This document shows, in pieces, positions 24,901-36,300 of a DNA stretch of 64,000 nucleotides. Made by a program: the position numbers and the translations under genes. Within the stretch, counting starts at the first letter, position 1; every line of letters begins with the position of its first letter. The notes under the pieces were generated by a model, which saw nothing but the letters and a program-made list of their open reading frames with translations, did no database searches and was not told the DNA's origin. Source of the stretch: Balanoglossus misakiensis (Eukaryota; Animalia; Hemichordata); assembly GCA_040954595.2 (NCBI GenBank), contig CM082576.2, positions 16,539,028 to 16,603,027 on the forward strand. Direction: 5' to 3'.

Positions 24901-27900
24901 CCATATATCATGTGTACCGTATAAGTAGACTTTCAAGTTTTGTCCATTCTTTTCACCCAATTCGCTGTCTTTTGCCGATGTATGACAAAGACCATGGTCG
25001 CCGCCATCTTGTCTGTTGTTAGGACAGTACACTATATGGCATTGACTGTACAATGTATACAATTTTTGTAACCAGAGTCTCTGGTTTCCTATTAAGCATC
25101 TGCTAACGACTTAATCTGTGTACCCCATTCACAGATTAAGTTGATAATTTAGTAAACATCAGTCAACCAGTATTGGGTACATGTATAACTGTTATACCAA
25201 GTACTCAAGTGGTGGATGGGGTATATAATCTTATTAAGTCGTTAGCAGGTGCTTAATGAGAAACTGGATAGCTTGTATTCTGGATTAGCAACTGATATGA
25301 AAGACAGGATGTGGGGGTAAAACAGAAACAGAAACCAGTACAGGTATGGGGGTCACTCACACACCATTAAGACGTTTCTGAAACATCTCAGATCAAGTAC
25401 TGATGTAAATTAGTTTGTGTGAACGGTTTAAGTGGTCCTGAAGCATCTCAGATTTGAGACGACTTTGCCGGCCAGACCTGAGCCGGTGTAAGGATTAACA
25501 CCTCTCCGCAACCCATTGTCTATGGGGCCCGAGCCTCAGCGCCCATACATAAACTTTGTGTGTGTGGACACAACACAACTCAAAGGATTAATGCTCTGTG
25601 TTTACCATAGGCAAATAAGTGTCTCAAATTTTACCCTTGGTGAACCTGGTAATGTATATTGACAAAAAATATTGATCGGAACTCCCCCATTTATTACATA
25701 TTGTTGGCAGCTTCCTGTGGTATTTCCTGATTGTGAGTGTGTATTTTCAACATCATTTTGCCCCCAGCAATCTATCCACAACGTTCAAACTGAATTTATG
25801 GAGTTTCTGAAAGCCCTTGGATGGCCGGTGCAGATTGGTAAACACTGTGGATGGACAGGCCACATATCAACAAGCTGGAAGACTATGGTGGATTTGGACA
25901 CAGATTCAGAGTCTGCAAAACCAGGTAGGAGAAGCTTGGGCCTCTTCTCTTCAAAAACAGGAGGAAAATTTATAGTCTGCATCTAAAAAGGCAATTTATA
26001 GTTCTGTTGGACTAAGTTCTCAATGCATTTGTCCTGCAATCTTTTTGGTTTACTGAAATTAATTGCTGTGTTTTCAGCTATCTAGTTTAGTTAGTCAAAT
26101 AATACAGGATAGACCAAAAAACTTTGTATATTGTACCTTTATTCCCTGTTACCTTTAATTAACCCTGTCACCACTGTGGTTCAGTCCAAACCCATTGTTT
26201 TCTACAGTATGCTTGCATGGACCTCTATAGAGGGAACTGAGGGGTGAAAGGGTTAATGATGAGTCCATGACTTATTTGAAACTTTCCTCAGATTTAGGTG
26301 ACAACAGTGATGCAAGTGGTCATGGTGGAGGTTTATTCAATGGTGACAAATATGTTCTGTACTATGCGGATGTGATATCAGAGATTGCATTCGTTGTTCC
26401 ATCATTACAGCCGCACACTAAACCTGGTCGGAGACACTCAACAGAGGCAGGTGTGTATGCATTCTAACTGTTGTCTACTTGTACTAGAACTGAGGAGATG
26501 TGTTAAAGGGACAAAGTCTCTCTCTCGCTGCCCTTTTTCCCATTAATTATATTTGATACAAGACACCATTAATATTACTCTACATGTGGATATATAGTGA
26601 ATCAATGTTCGACCACACTCAGCTTTCATCCCGTTTGTAGGATATGAGAGTAAAAATCTTGCCAATGTGAATTAACGGTAGAGACTGATTATTCATTTTG
26701 GCGAGATTTTCACTCTTGTGTGTGCAAGTGGGATGGTTGAACGTTGATTCACTATATATCAACATGTAGAATAACATACACAGTGTCTTGTATCAAAAAT
26801 AATTAATGGAAAAAGGGCAGCGAGAGAGAGACTTTGTTCCTTTAATGCAAGATACTGCAATATTTTGCGTTCAGTACGTACTGTTCTGTACGGCGATTTT
26901 AGCGCACACAAAAATTCTATTGTTCTCATTGCCAGATGTATAACAATTGCATTTATTTTCTCACTTTGATGTAATAGTCACAGCAGGTGGTGAATCAGCC
27001 TTGACAGAGACAACAACAGAGACTGCAAACAAACCATCAAAATCACCTCGTAACCTATCTCTAGACCTAGCCTCTAATGAATCACAAAGCAGCCAATCCA
27101 CCAGTCCTGGGACTCCCGGAAAGCCAAAACGATTTCCAACCCGGCAGAGTTTACTGACAGGACCAGAGACTAAGGTCATAGTCGTGTGGCTTGAAGATTA
27201 TGATGACCATGAAACTTTCCCATTAGGTAAGTACAGCTTTTGGGCTCTTCCACTAAAACCAATTGAATTGAAAAGCATTTACAGTCAAACCTGTCTGAAG
27301 AAAACACTGAATGGGCTGAATAAATTTTTCAGTTTACAGAGGTGTCTGGTATATAGAGGTTCTTTTAACATGTGCTTCTATGTCAAAGGTCCAGAAGAAA
27401 GTGTTCAGTGTATACAGGTTCCCAGATTAGACAGGGTTTGGTTTAGACAGGTTTTACTGTACTGTGTGATGTGTCCCAATTACCAAGATTGGAAAACTCC
27501 CAGCATGATCACTTGCCATGTGATCTACTGTAAAACACTTTAATTTTGCAAGCAATAAATTTTCGCAAAATACGTGAGAGCCAAAATAATATGAAAATAA
27601 AAAGTCGCGTAAATTTTTTTTGAAAGATAACGATGCAGTGAATGAAATAAGAGAACGCGAAAATTAATACTCGCAATACAGTGGCCTCTCTCCATATCGC
27701 GAAAATTTCAACTCGCAAAAATAAAGTGTTTTACAGTAAATACAACCAATTTCAAGTAGTATAGTAACATTGCTCCAGCACTTTTGTTTATGACACTTGC
27801 CTCTGATCTCCAAGGATTATAAAAATACTGATGAACCTGTTGGGACTGTGTCATCTCTGATGATTTCATACATTTCCCTCATGGAAAGTGATGTTCTGTT

Positions 27901-29251
27901 GTATCGTTTCAGCCGATTTGTTGCCAGAAACAAGTACTGGAATTGAATATCTGATGCTGAGCAGTTCATCTCTCAATAAAGTGTTGGATAGAGAAATTAT
28001 TATCATATTTATCCATCCACTGAAGAGTGGTTTGTACAGGATACACGTAGAGGGACGGTGAGTTTAGAGAATGTAGATATCTATTAAACGACTAAAATCA
28101 TGCAGATTCTTAAAGAATGTTTTTCAAAGGTCTAAGCTGAATACCTTTATTAGGGGGATTGCAACTTTAGCATTACAACTTGTATGAATTCATAAAGTAT
28201 GTATTTGTAAAACTATATGTTTACATGGCAGAGTGTTAATATTCCTATCTTTTCAGAACACACATGGCTATACCATTGATGGATGGTATGGTTGTCAGCC
28301 GAAGGGCTTTAGGTGCACTGGTCAGACAGACAGCTCTTAATATCTGCTGCAGAAAACGACTTGAGAATGACATGTAAGTGTGACATCTTGCTGACTTTTT
28401 TTGGACATGTACTATTTAGCAGGTTCTCTATTGGTTTATAATTGAATAGTGATATACATAAACTTTGTACAGCTGTTTTGAGCAAAAAGTGTATGTCTGG
28501 CCATTGAAATTTAGGTTCAAACAGAAAATAATGAGTTTGGTGTTTATATTCTGACAACACAAACTAATATGATGTATTCTTCATAAATGTCTGTGACCTC
28601 TTAAAGAGACTTTCTCCAAATATTCTTGTCTTAAACATGGAAACCTGTCTGCATATCCTCCTGCCATGGTCTGTGCCTAGAGCTCCCAAATCAAAACATA
28701 TCAAACAAGCCTATGTGATGTAGAGCCATTGTTGGCAATGGCACACAGAAGCTGCTCTCCAGAATCACTAACATTTTGATGATATGACAATCTTCCCCTT
28801 GGGTGACTTTTAGGATGTAAAATACTTAATTAGTCCAATCCAACTTCAGGCAGCGGGTTTTAAAATTATACCTTTATTTAAGCCACATACTTGTCACATT
28901 CATAAAAAATTGCGGTGATCATACATGTGGTTATAGCAAATTCCTTTCTCCTACTGTAGTTTTACAATTCAGTCCAATACAGTGTTGTGCAAAGAGTTGT
29001 ATTGTATTGTATTGTATTGTATTGTATTGTATTGTATTGTATTGTATTGTATTGTATTGTATTGTATTGTATTGTATTGTATTGTATTGTATTGTATTGT
29101 ATTGTCATTTAACAATTTTCTGTTTCACCCACTGTATAGGCACACACCTCCCCATGTGAGAAGAAAACATAAACTTCAAGAGATGACCAGAAAGTACCGG
29201 AAGAAAATGAGTGAACCAGAGTTTTATACGTCACTCTTCATGGAAGAATAA
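949..29251 (+). CDS. RALGAPB: Ral GTPase-activating protein subunit beta, multi-exon, 5' end upstream of window
   Basis: Phase-compatible exons read from sequence: 949-1107, 1504-1737, 2400-2660, 3264-3656, 6859-7145, 7920-8062, 8781-8878, 9319-9468, 9817-9907, 10695-10765, 12080-12181, 14050-14190 (GC donor), 15801-15967, 16736-16906, 18044-18221, 22780-22871, 23392-23504, 23933-24185, 24556-24729, 25768-25924, 26292-26450, 26984/26987-27226, 27913-28057, 28257-28373, 29140-29251 (TAA). Peptides match RALGAPB as I recall it: [112 protein letters not shown]. Confidence 0.95.
5403..5417 (+). CDS. candidate 15-nt RALGAPB microexon (xKTRK)
   Basis: Branch-point-like TTCTAAC, pyrimidine tract, TAG acceptor (AG at 5401-5402), GTACTA donor at 5418. 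Length 15 nt keeps the phase-1 frame with no stop. Confidence 0.4.
5906..6100 (+). mobile_element. ~190-bp TTAA-target MITE family B
   Basis: TTAAAGGTATATGGTCACCT...AGGTGACCATGTAC; homologous to 7656-7849. Confidence 0.75.
6270..6293 (+). CDS. candidate 24-nt RALGAPB microexon (xMCPPSPN)
   Basis: TTTTCCAG acceptor followed by overlapping donors GTTTGTAAGT: 24 nt in frame using GTTTGT (a donor also used at 7146 and 18222), or 28 nt out of frame using GTAAGT. Confidence 0.45.
7656..7849 (+). mobile_element. ~190-bp TTAA-target MITE family B
   Basis: TTAAAGGTATATGGTTACCT...AGGTGACCGTATACCATTAA. Confidence 0.8.
8119..8198. mobile_element. 80-bp hairpin MITE
   Basis: GGGCCATCCCAAGCAGAAAGGGGGTCTTATGG pairs with CCATAAGACCCCTTTCTGCTTTGGATGGCCC. 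Flanking duplication is ATTT (or CATTTG if termini are taken 1 nt further in). Confidence 0.7.
10187..10399. mobile_element. TA-flanked Tc1/mariner-type MITE family C
   Basis: TACTGTAAAACGGGAAATTT...AAATTTCCCGTTTTACAGTA; related to 32996-33200. Confidence 0.75.
14424..15667. mobile_element. ~1.24-kb GC-richer element with ~260-300-bp imperfect terminal inverted repeats
   Basis: About 14424-14686 is the reverse complement of about 15360-15667 (for example CGTTATCTCTAAAATTGTAACAACGTCACAAT vs ATTGTGACGTTGTTACAATTTTAGAGATAACG). CpG-rich relative to flanks. Ends approximate, TSD not seen. Confidence 0.75.
17606..17817. mobile_element. TA-flanked MITE family C
   Basis: TACAGTAAAACACTTTATTTT...AAAATAAAAGTGTTTTACAGTA; reverse complement of 27526-27738. 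Confidence 0.8.
18297..18556. mobile_element. truncated and interrupted left half of a family A MITE
   Basis: TTAAAGGGACAGAGTCTCTCTCTCGCTGCC, about 150 bp of unrelated DNA, then ATTAATTATGTTTGAT...GTTCGAC; right arm absent. Confidence 0.7.
18750..19010 (+). repeat. diverged direct repeat, copy 1 (downstream flank of nested methyltransferase)
   Basis: Shares collinear blocks TTGCATAnTCAACCnAGCGACTGG, ATTCTTGTnGCGAGAAATCG, GCTTCATGCGCAA, TAAAGGACAnTACATCATCTGT, CAGCTGGG with 22150-22430. Confidence 0.75.
19669..21731 (-). CDS. class I SAM-dependent methyltransferase (JHAMT/Tam-like), 4 exons, about 261 aa, nested antisense in a RALGAPB intron
   Basis: Exons 21731-21557, 21156-20843, 20091-19956, 19829-19669 with GT-AG introns sum to 786 nt with an open frame. 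Motifs LLDVACGEG (motif I), [33 protein letters not shown]. Confidence 0.9.
22150..22430 (+). repeat. diverged direct repeat, copy 2 (upstream flank of nested methyltransferase)
   Basis: Collinear blocks shared with 18750-19010. Confidence 0.75.
25084..25263. repeat. ~30-bp inverted repeat pair, probable MITE
   Basis: ATTAAGCATCTGCTAACGACTTAAT pairs with ATTAAGTCGTTAGCAGGTGCTTAAT. Confidence 0.6.
26159..26256. mobile_element. ~95-bp piggyBac-like MITE
   Basis: TTAA|CCCTGTCACC...GGTGAAAGGG|TTAA; inverted relative at 13385-13473. Confidence 0.75.
26503..26845. mobile_element. fold-back MITE family A (TTAA|AGGGACAAAGTCTCTCTCTCGCTGCC)
   Basis: TTAA at both ends; nearly whole-length palindrome; further copies at 48762, 49167, 56085 and partial at 18297. 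Confidence 0.85.
27280..27461. mobile_element. TA-flanked pogo/Tigger-like MITE family D
   Basis: TACAGTCAAACCTGTCT...AGACAGGTTTTACTGTA. Relatives at 14315-14421 (truncated), 16255-16430 and 30222-30430. Confidence 0.75.
27526..27738. mobile_element. TA-flanked MITE family C
   Basis: TACTGTAAAACACTTT...AAAGTGTTTTACAGTA. Confidence 0.8.
28997..29105. repeat. (TATTG)n microsatellite
   Basis: About 21 perfect pentamer units ending about 35 nt before the last RALGAPB acceptor. Confidence 0.97.
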
Positions 29252-32200
29252 ACAAAGACAGTTCCTATTGGTGTTGATATTGCTTGTTTGTCTTTCGTAT
29301 TTGTTATGTGAACTTCTTGTGATGTAATTGTAAATAAGGACAGTATCACTCACAGAGCTGTAATGTTTCATCTTATATTTGTATTTATGTCATAGGGAAT
29401 GACTGCATTATATTGTTCTTTGACAGAACTCTGTGACCTCTGGGTGTGATCAGTCTCGCGTTTCTTCTGTACTTTCACTCGTTGTGCTCATGAAAGTACA
29501 GCTGCAGAATACATTTCATCAATTATGATTGGACGGCATAAATTACATGCAAAGGTCATGGAGTTCAGTTATTATCGCATACGTTCCTTCAGATTTGTCA
29601 ACAATTGAAGTTTTGATCGTGATTTTCAGAACAGCGATGGTACAACCCATCTTTTTTTAATATTTACATATTTACTCATGAAATACCAATATAATTTTCA
29701 TGACAATGTGACTAGTTTACAAGGAGCCGTACTGAAACTGGCAGAAGAAAACTGTTGGTGCATCACATGAGATGTACAAATGCAAGTATTGTGATGGCAA
29801 AGGGATTTCAGAATAGAGCAAATTGTTTTCATTTTAACATGCTTTCAACACAGACTATTTTATCATTTGCATATATCACCTGTAGAAAATACCGGTTTTA
29901 TTTTTACGGCAACAACGATGTAAATGGCAGCACATATGCAATAATAGTCTTAATAGACCTTAGATGAATGTGGCCGACAAGATCACATTTTGTGATAAAT
30001 GTGCAAGACTTGCTTTTGGCAAGCAACTTTTGTTCACTCTGCCATTAGTACAATAATTGTCCAGCAACTTTACTCCCATCCACGCATACTGAGTTCTTCC
30101 TTCCTTCCCCTTAGTGTAACAGCTGACGAAGTGATCTTTGTGCAATGGTGAATCTGTTGGAGAATCTAATTAGAGGGCTATAGCTGGGGCAATTAACAGA
30201 TATGGACTGTTTATTTAGAGATACAGCAAAACCTGTCTAAACCGACACCTGTGTAGCTTGGAAACCTGTCTATACCAAACAACTTTTCTAGCCCCTTTGA
30301 CATAGAAGGACATGTTAAAAGAACCTCTATTAAATGGAACCTACAAATTGAACAGTTTCTTCATACAGTCCCTTTGGTGTTTGGTTAAGACAGTTTTTAA
30401 TAAAGTTATGAAGATAGTAGACAGGTATATAGCTAGAGGTGGCTTTCATTGTCACATGACCCACTGGCAGGGAATTTGGGGTAATATGATAAAAATTTAT
30501 TTTATAACAATCAAACAATAACTGTTAAAATATTAATCAACATGCTGTCTGATTTCTATGTTTCATACAGAAAAACATATTGGAAACCATAATGCTGGGA
30601 AATGAAAACATTTTTTACTTAAGTGAGGTAAAAACATAGTGTTTTAGGATACCAAAAAATGCAACATGCTATAGTATAGCTCCAAGTGCCCGTGTCTTGC
30701 TCTGCCATACACAAATTCCTCAACTGACAGTACCACCCCTCCCAAAACAGATCTCAAATATTTCTCACTATAAACAAGATCTTGCTGGCCATTAGCATCT
30801 ACAGTCTATTCATGCTGTGATGCCTAACATTTGCCAAACCGTTTCCATTGTCGTACAAAATTGACTCAATGTTCTACTTATTAAAATTTTCATAATACAT
30901 GTAAATGGATACAAAATGTTGACAATGTCGAAAAGTACAACTTTAATTTCTTTGAATACAGTGTAATGTTTTGTGGATAGTATTCTATTGTTAGAATGTA
31001 CAGTAAAAGAAGTCTTGCTATCCTCTTTACTTGTAAATCTGACATTTTTAGTGTAGCCAGGTATATCTGGCAACCACTATATTGAATAAACGACTGAATT
31101 ATCACTATTATATGCGAGTTGTCATTCAAATGAAACTTTGCATGAAATTGGAATCACAAGCAAGGGCCATCATGCCATTTCCCTAATTGGGTACATGAGT
31201 ATATGTGTAGATGCATGTAGTCAACTGTAGATAAAATTATCTTCCTAAACAAAAGTTCAGAAGTGTAAAAACTTAAGTGTTGATATCCTAAATAAGTACA
31301 ATGTAGAATTTTGTTTAAAGATATTGAGTAATGTTTGTCTCTTATCACATGTCAGAAAATCGGAGAAAACAATCAAATCAAATAATAAACTGGTAACTTC
31401 CGCAGTGAGAGGCAAAATGTTTATGTATTCTTTGGTACTAATTTTTACTTTAATAAATGTCATTAAACAAATTGACATGACCCCCACCCCACCCCACCCA
31501 AATGAATGAATGTCCCTAAAAGTAAAAAAATAATGGTCAGAATGCTTTGAAAATACCGTAGGTGTTCGTAGATCATAGATCTTTACATGGATTCTCTTCA
31601 TAATTTGGTGATATTGTTTGGGTGTTTTAGGTCCCATTTGGTATATGTATAATATACCGGTATACCCATTGAGACCTGATGGGATCGGTTGCGTCTGTAT
31701 GTATGGATGGATGGATGGATGGATGTCTGTACACATGTATGTCCGTCCACATCAAAAACTTGAAAACCGCTGCGTGTATCACTTTGATATTTGGTGTGCA
31801 GATGCAGGCTGGGCTGAAGATGAGATTTTGTTCAAATAAAATTGTCATTGCCAAAAATATGCAAATTAGCTGGGAACATGTGAAATTGATCAAAACTCAG
31901 AAACTCAAGAACTACTGGTCAGATTGATATGAAAATTGGTGTGTATTAATTTATTAAGACCTTATATAGATCATTTATTGGTGATATCAGAAAATGGCTA
32001 TTTTTGGTTAATTTATATTTCATTTTCCTCATTTTTACTTTATAAAATCTTTTTCTCTAAAATAACTTCCCAATTTCTTTGACATTTTATTTGAGGGAGT
32101 GCAGAGATGGTTTCTTTCATTTCATTTTGCTAATTTTGGTAAAAGACTTCTATTTCTTAGAAACCTCTTCCATGATTGCTTTGCAAGTTCCTAGGTATGT

Positions 32201-32995
32201 TCTCATGATGATTTACCAAACCTATGATGAAAGTGTCAATGTTTTATTTTGGGGCAATTTCTACCATTTTTGGTGAAAAAAAGTCCATTTCCCTGAAACT
32301 GATTGTGTGATTGCTGTGCAATTTACTTTTCAGGTTCCTCGGGGAATTTTTATTATGATATAGGAAAAGTATGGTTTTCCAATTTTGATTTTCAAAATCT
32401 ATTTCTCAGAAAGAGTATGGTTAATTACTTTAAATATTTGAGTTGCCAGTTAATGGGGTGTGTTTCTTTAGAATTACAATGGAATCAACTCATATTTGTG
32501 AGATATTTTAACTTTCCTCAAATTAGCTTTTACAGAGACCAGCTGTTCTATTATTAGCTCCAATTAATAGGATCAGTCAGTATCTGACTGGCAATCTGTC
32601 TGTCTGTCTGTCTATCTGTCTGTTTACCTGCATGTAAACATTCTACAAACGATTTTTTTGTTCATCCCAATTAAAATTCTTATCCTGTAAACATCTGGAA
32701 AAATATGATTTAGAATATTCAACTCTTCCTGCTAATTCTCTTTAAACACTACATCATAACCATCAATGGACATAGGTATACATCTGGAATTATGCACACT
32801 GTATACTTTCACCCAATGTGTACTACCAAGTATTGGAAAGAACATGCACTGTCGATATTAATTGGAAATATTAAGGTATATGTAAATCAACAGAAAGGCA
32901 GACCATTTTTGTCGTGTGTACATACATGTATTGCATATACTTATGGAAGAATGCACGACTCTACAGAAAGAAGTAAATGCTGGTATCATCTTCTA

Positions 32996-33200
32996 TACTG
33001 TAAAACGGGAAATTTTTCGTGAATGATAAATTTTCGTGAACTACGCGAGAGCCAAAAAACACGAAGATAAAAAGTTGCGTAAAAATATTTTTTTTTGGAA
33101 ATAACGATGCAGTAAAATACGAGAATTAATCCTCGCATAACAGTTGCCTCTTTTGATATCGCAAAATTTGCCTGTCGCAAAAATAACCAGTTTTACAGTA
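32996..33200. mobile_element. TA-flanked MITE family C just 3' of the SLC23 stop codon
   Basis: TACTGTAAAACGGG...GTTTTACAGTA; interior similar to 27526-27738. Confidence 0.8.
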
Positions 33201-33323
33201 TACAACAAAAATGAATCAGTTTGATATATAACAGTAAGAGTAAGAACATTCTGGGACATGACCCGACCCGTAGCATTGTCAGTAAACATTGACATCAAGG
33301 ACAGAAATGACAACCAAATTCAA

Positions 33324-36300
33324 TCAAGTCACTATCGTCATGCTGTTTTGAATTTGTTGTTCTGCACTGGGCTGTTGTTCCTCGGCTGATGGTTCTTCTG
33401 CCGTAGATTGTTGGTCTGATTTTCTTTTCTCCATAAATCCCGGACAGAAAGGCACGTAGCGAGACCACTTGTATCTGGGTATCTTCATCAAACACCAAGG
33501 CAAGTCATAACTGTGTCTTTCATCTGAGCTGTCTCCTGCATGCCATGTGACCAACCCTCTTTCTGCTGCAGTACCTGTTGAAAGAAATAGGAGGGCCCTC
33601 AAAAGACTGTAATTTGCAGTATACACAGAAAACAGACACGATGAGTTCCAAATTAAATGTCTGTAAGAAGATGAAATAATAATACCAGGAATTGTGTTAT
33701 CCAGAAAGAAACCAATCAATCCAGCAACGAACATTCCAGTCTTCAATAAAACTTCAAGAACTTGATCTGCTTCTTCACTTCCTGAAATTAAAAGCAATAA
33801 CGTGGAAACAGAAAAAAATATACGTTTCCGTGCGTCTTAACTGAAGCAATATATATTTTAATGTTACCTTACCACTACCATGTCTCTTAATTGCCCTCAT
33901 TACGATGAAATGTGAAAAAGATCATTGTACAGCCACTGCAAGTGAGATGCAGGGTACATTCCCTTTGGTTAAACTTTTATAGCAGACGGCTCTGGTTTGG
34001 CCTTGTATTTGCGACGTATCAAGATCCCGAAGAGATCAATCGAAGGCACTATTCAATAAACTTAAAAGAATATATTGAGTCTGTAGAAACTTTAAAAATT
34101 CATAGACTGAAATAAACTACCCAGCAGGGGCAGAAACCAGATGAATCTCTGGAATCGCGTGTTATGAGAAATGGAACAAAAGGAGATCAAGAAGAGAAGA
34201 ATTGAATTTATTTATGATGAATCGTTCGATTGATTGATTGATTGATTGATGCGTTACCAGTTGTAATTTATTGATACGTTATCGCCTTACCGACACGTTA
34301 TTGGTTGCTTTGTTATATTTGTCCAGAAAACAAGCAGTGCTTACCAGTCTTTATGACGCCTTCATTTTCCTTAACCCAATTAGGAATCATTACTCCGCAA
34401 AACACAGCTGTTCCGAATACACAAAGACTCCGTGATGAATTCATGTTGACAAATTGCAAATTGGATGCCCCAGCTGCAAGAATTATGCCTGCAGCAAAGC
34501 AAATGTAAAGTGTCAAGTTGGCATAATATAATATTAACATTCATGATGCAAATGCAATGTAGAAAAATTATGTAGGGATATTTGATTTTAAAGTTATAGT
34601 GTAGGCAAAATGAAGTTTTAGAATTTCGTATTACAAAAACAACTTTGTCGGGATATAGTCCATTTGGTATATATATACAAGTGGGAGTTATGGGATCAGC
34701 GGTGTTTGTCTGGCCGTCTGTCTAATAACATAACTTACTGAATATTGCCGTAAGAGCACCACCAACGATAGGAAGAGGCAATGTGGCCAGCGCAGCACCA
34801 AATTTACCAAAGACAGCACTGACAAAAAGTAATAAAGATGTCCATTGCATTACACGGCGACTTCCAACCTGGAAATAAACACCCAGAGTTAAACTTCTTT
34901 TCTATAATACTATATCAATCTCCTCTTGAGGAACAGCTGAATGAAATGGATTGAAGCGAAATTTAATATATTGATGTAGTTTAGGAGTGGCTGGAGTAGT
35001 TTCGATGGGAGTGGCTGACATGACAAGAAGTGGTTGTCTAGGCGACAGATTTTCCATGATGATGATGGTGTGTGCGTGTATCTATGGAAAGCACATTATC
35101 AGTGTGGAGTCATGAAAACATTTGCCCAGAACAACTCGGAGGAAACTTAACATAACAGACATTGGTCCCAAACTGAGAATTGGTGTCGTCTCGAAAATCC
35201 CTTTCGATGTAGATTATTGTTCAATAGCATCTATTCATAGAGTTACAAGAGATGCACCATTTGACATGGGAGGGGGTTGAAGGATTTTAGAAAAAAAATT
35301 GTCTCGGTCAAGTGTGAAAACTTGTCTTTGTAGTCGTATAGGATAAAAAAGATGTAAAGCATAGCCTGGTTGTGTTCAGTAAGGCTTGTATGCTGAATTA
35401 TTTTTCTTCTTGATTATCAGGGTGACCCTGGGTATATCGATGACGTCATGCGATATGATAGAAAAATCTTACTTATTCAATTATATTGCTTTGTGCTATC
35501 ATATACATGAAAAGTACATTGCTTATTTCTGTGTTCTGGGTTTTATCGCCACAGCCGTGAAGATGTTCAGAATGGTTTTTGGACTCGATACCTCCACCCT
35601 TTCCCCCAGTCAAATGGTTTACCCATAATTCCATATGTATAAGGCACTCGACCATGGAAAATTGAGTTAAAATTCGTTTTTACTTCAAGATCTTGACAAC
35701 AATTTGCCCGATAAATTATGTGCATTGTTTTTCTGCATTTCGGTGTTAGGAAGACAACGTGACTTGCCTTAGTAATAGCGATAGCGCCGATGTTTTCAGA
35801 AAAAGATGTTGTACCGAGTCCCGAACCCCATATTCCGGATAATATACAACAGAGTCCTTCAATACAAATGCCACGGTTCACAGCATGGGATGGGGGTGGT
35901 GATGCGCCGCTTAATCTAGCGCATGCGTAGTAGTCACCCACTGACTCCACGGCGCTGGCAATGATCCCAGACAGCAATCCAAATACAAGTGCTATGCTTA
36001 CTCTCGGAGGGCCCCATTGTCCTGGTTGTATAAAACGATACGTTTTGGGACATTCATTAAGAAGTCCTTGCGCGATTTGTAATAATTTCTAACGTCCCAA
36101 CTTGTAGGCCTACAACTAATATCAACGTTCTATAAAGTTGTACAGCATTCTATGGATTGTGAAGTTTCTTCAGATGTCGATAGAAAAATATGTTCAGAAC
36201 TACAAAGAAATATAATAGACGTCGATATAATGTATAAAAAAAATTAATAGAAATTCTGCATGCCATATAGTCTAGAATTAAGGATTTCCCAAGTTTAGGT

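Noticed and set aside
28982-29139. ORF with YCIVL repeats
   Set aside because: Translation of the (TATTG)n microsatellite; only 29140-29251 is exon.
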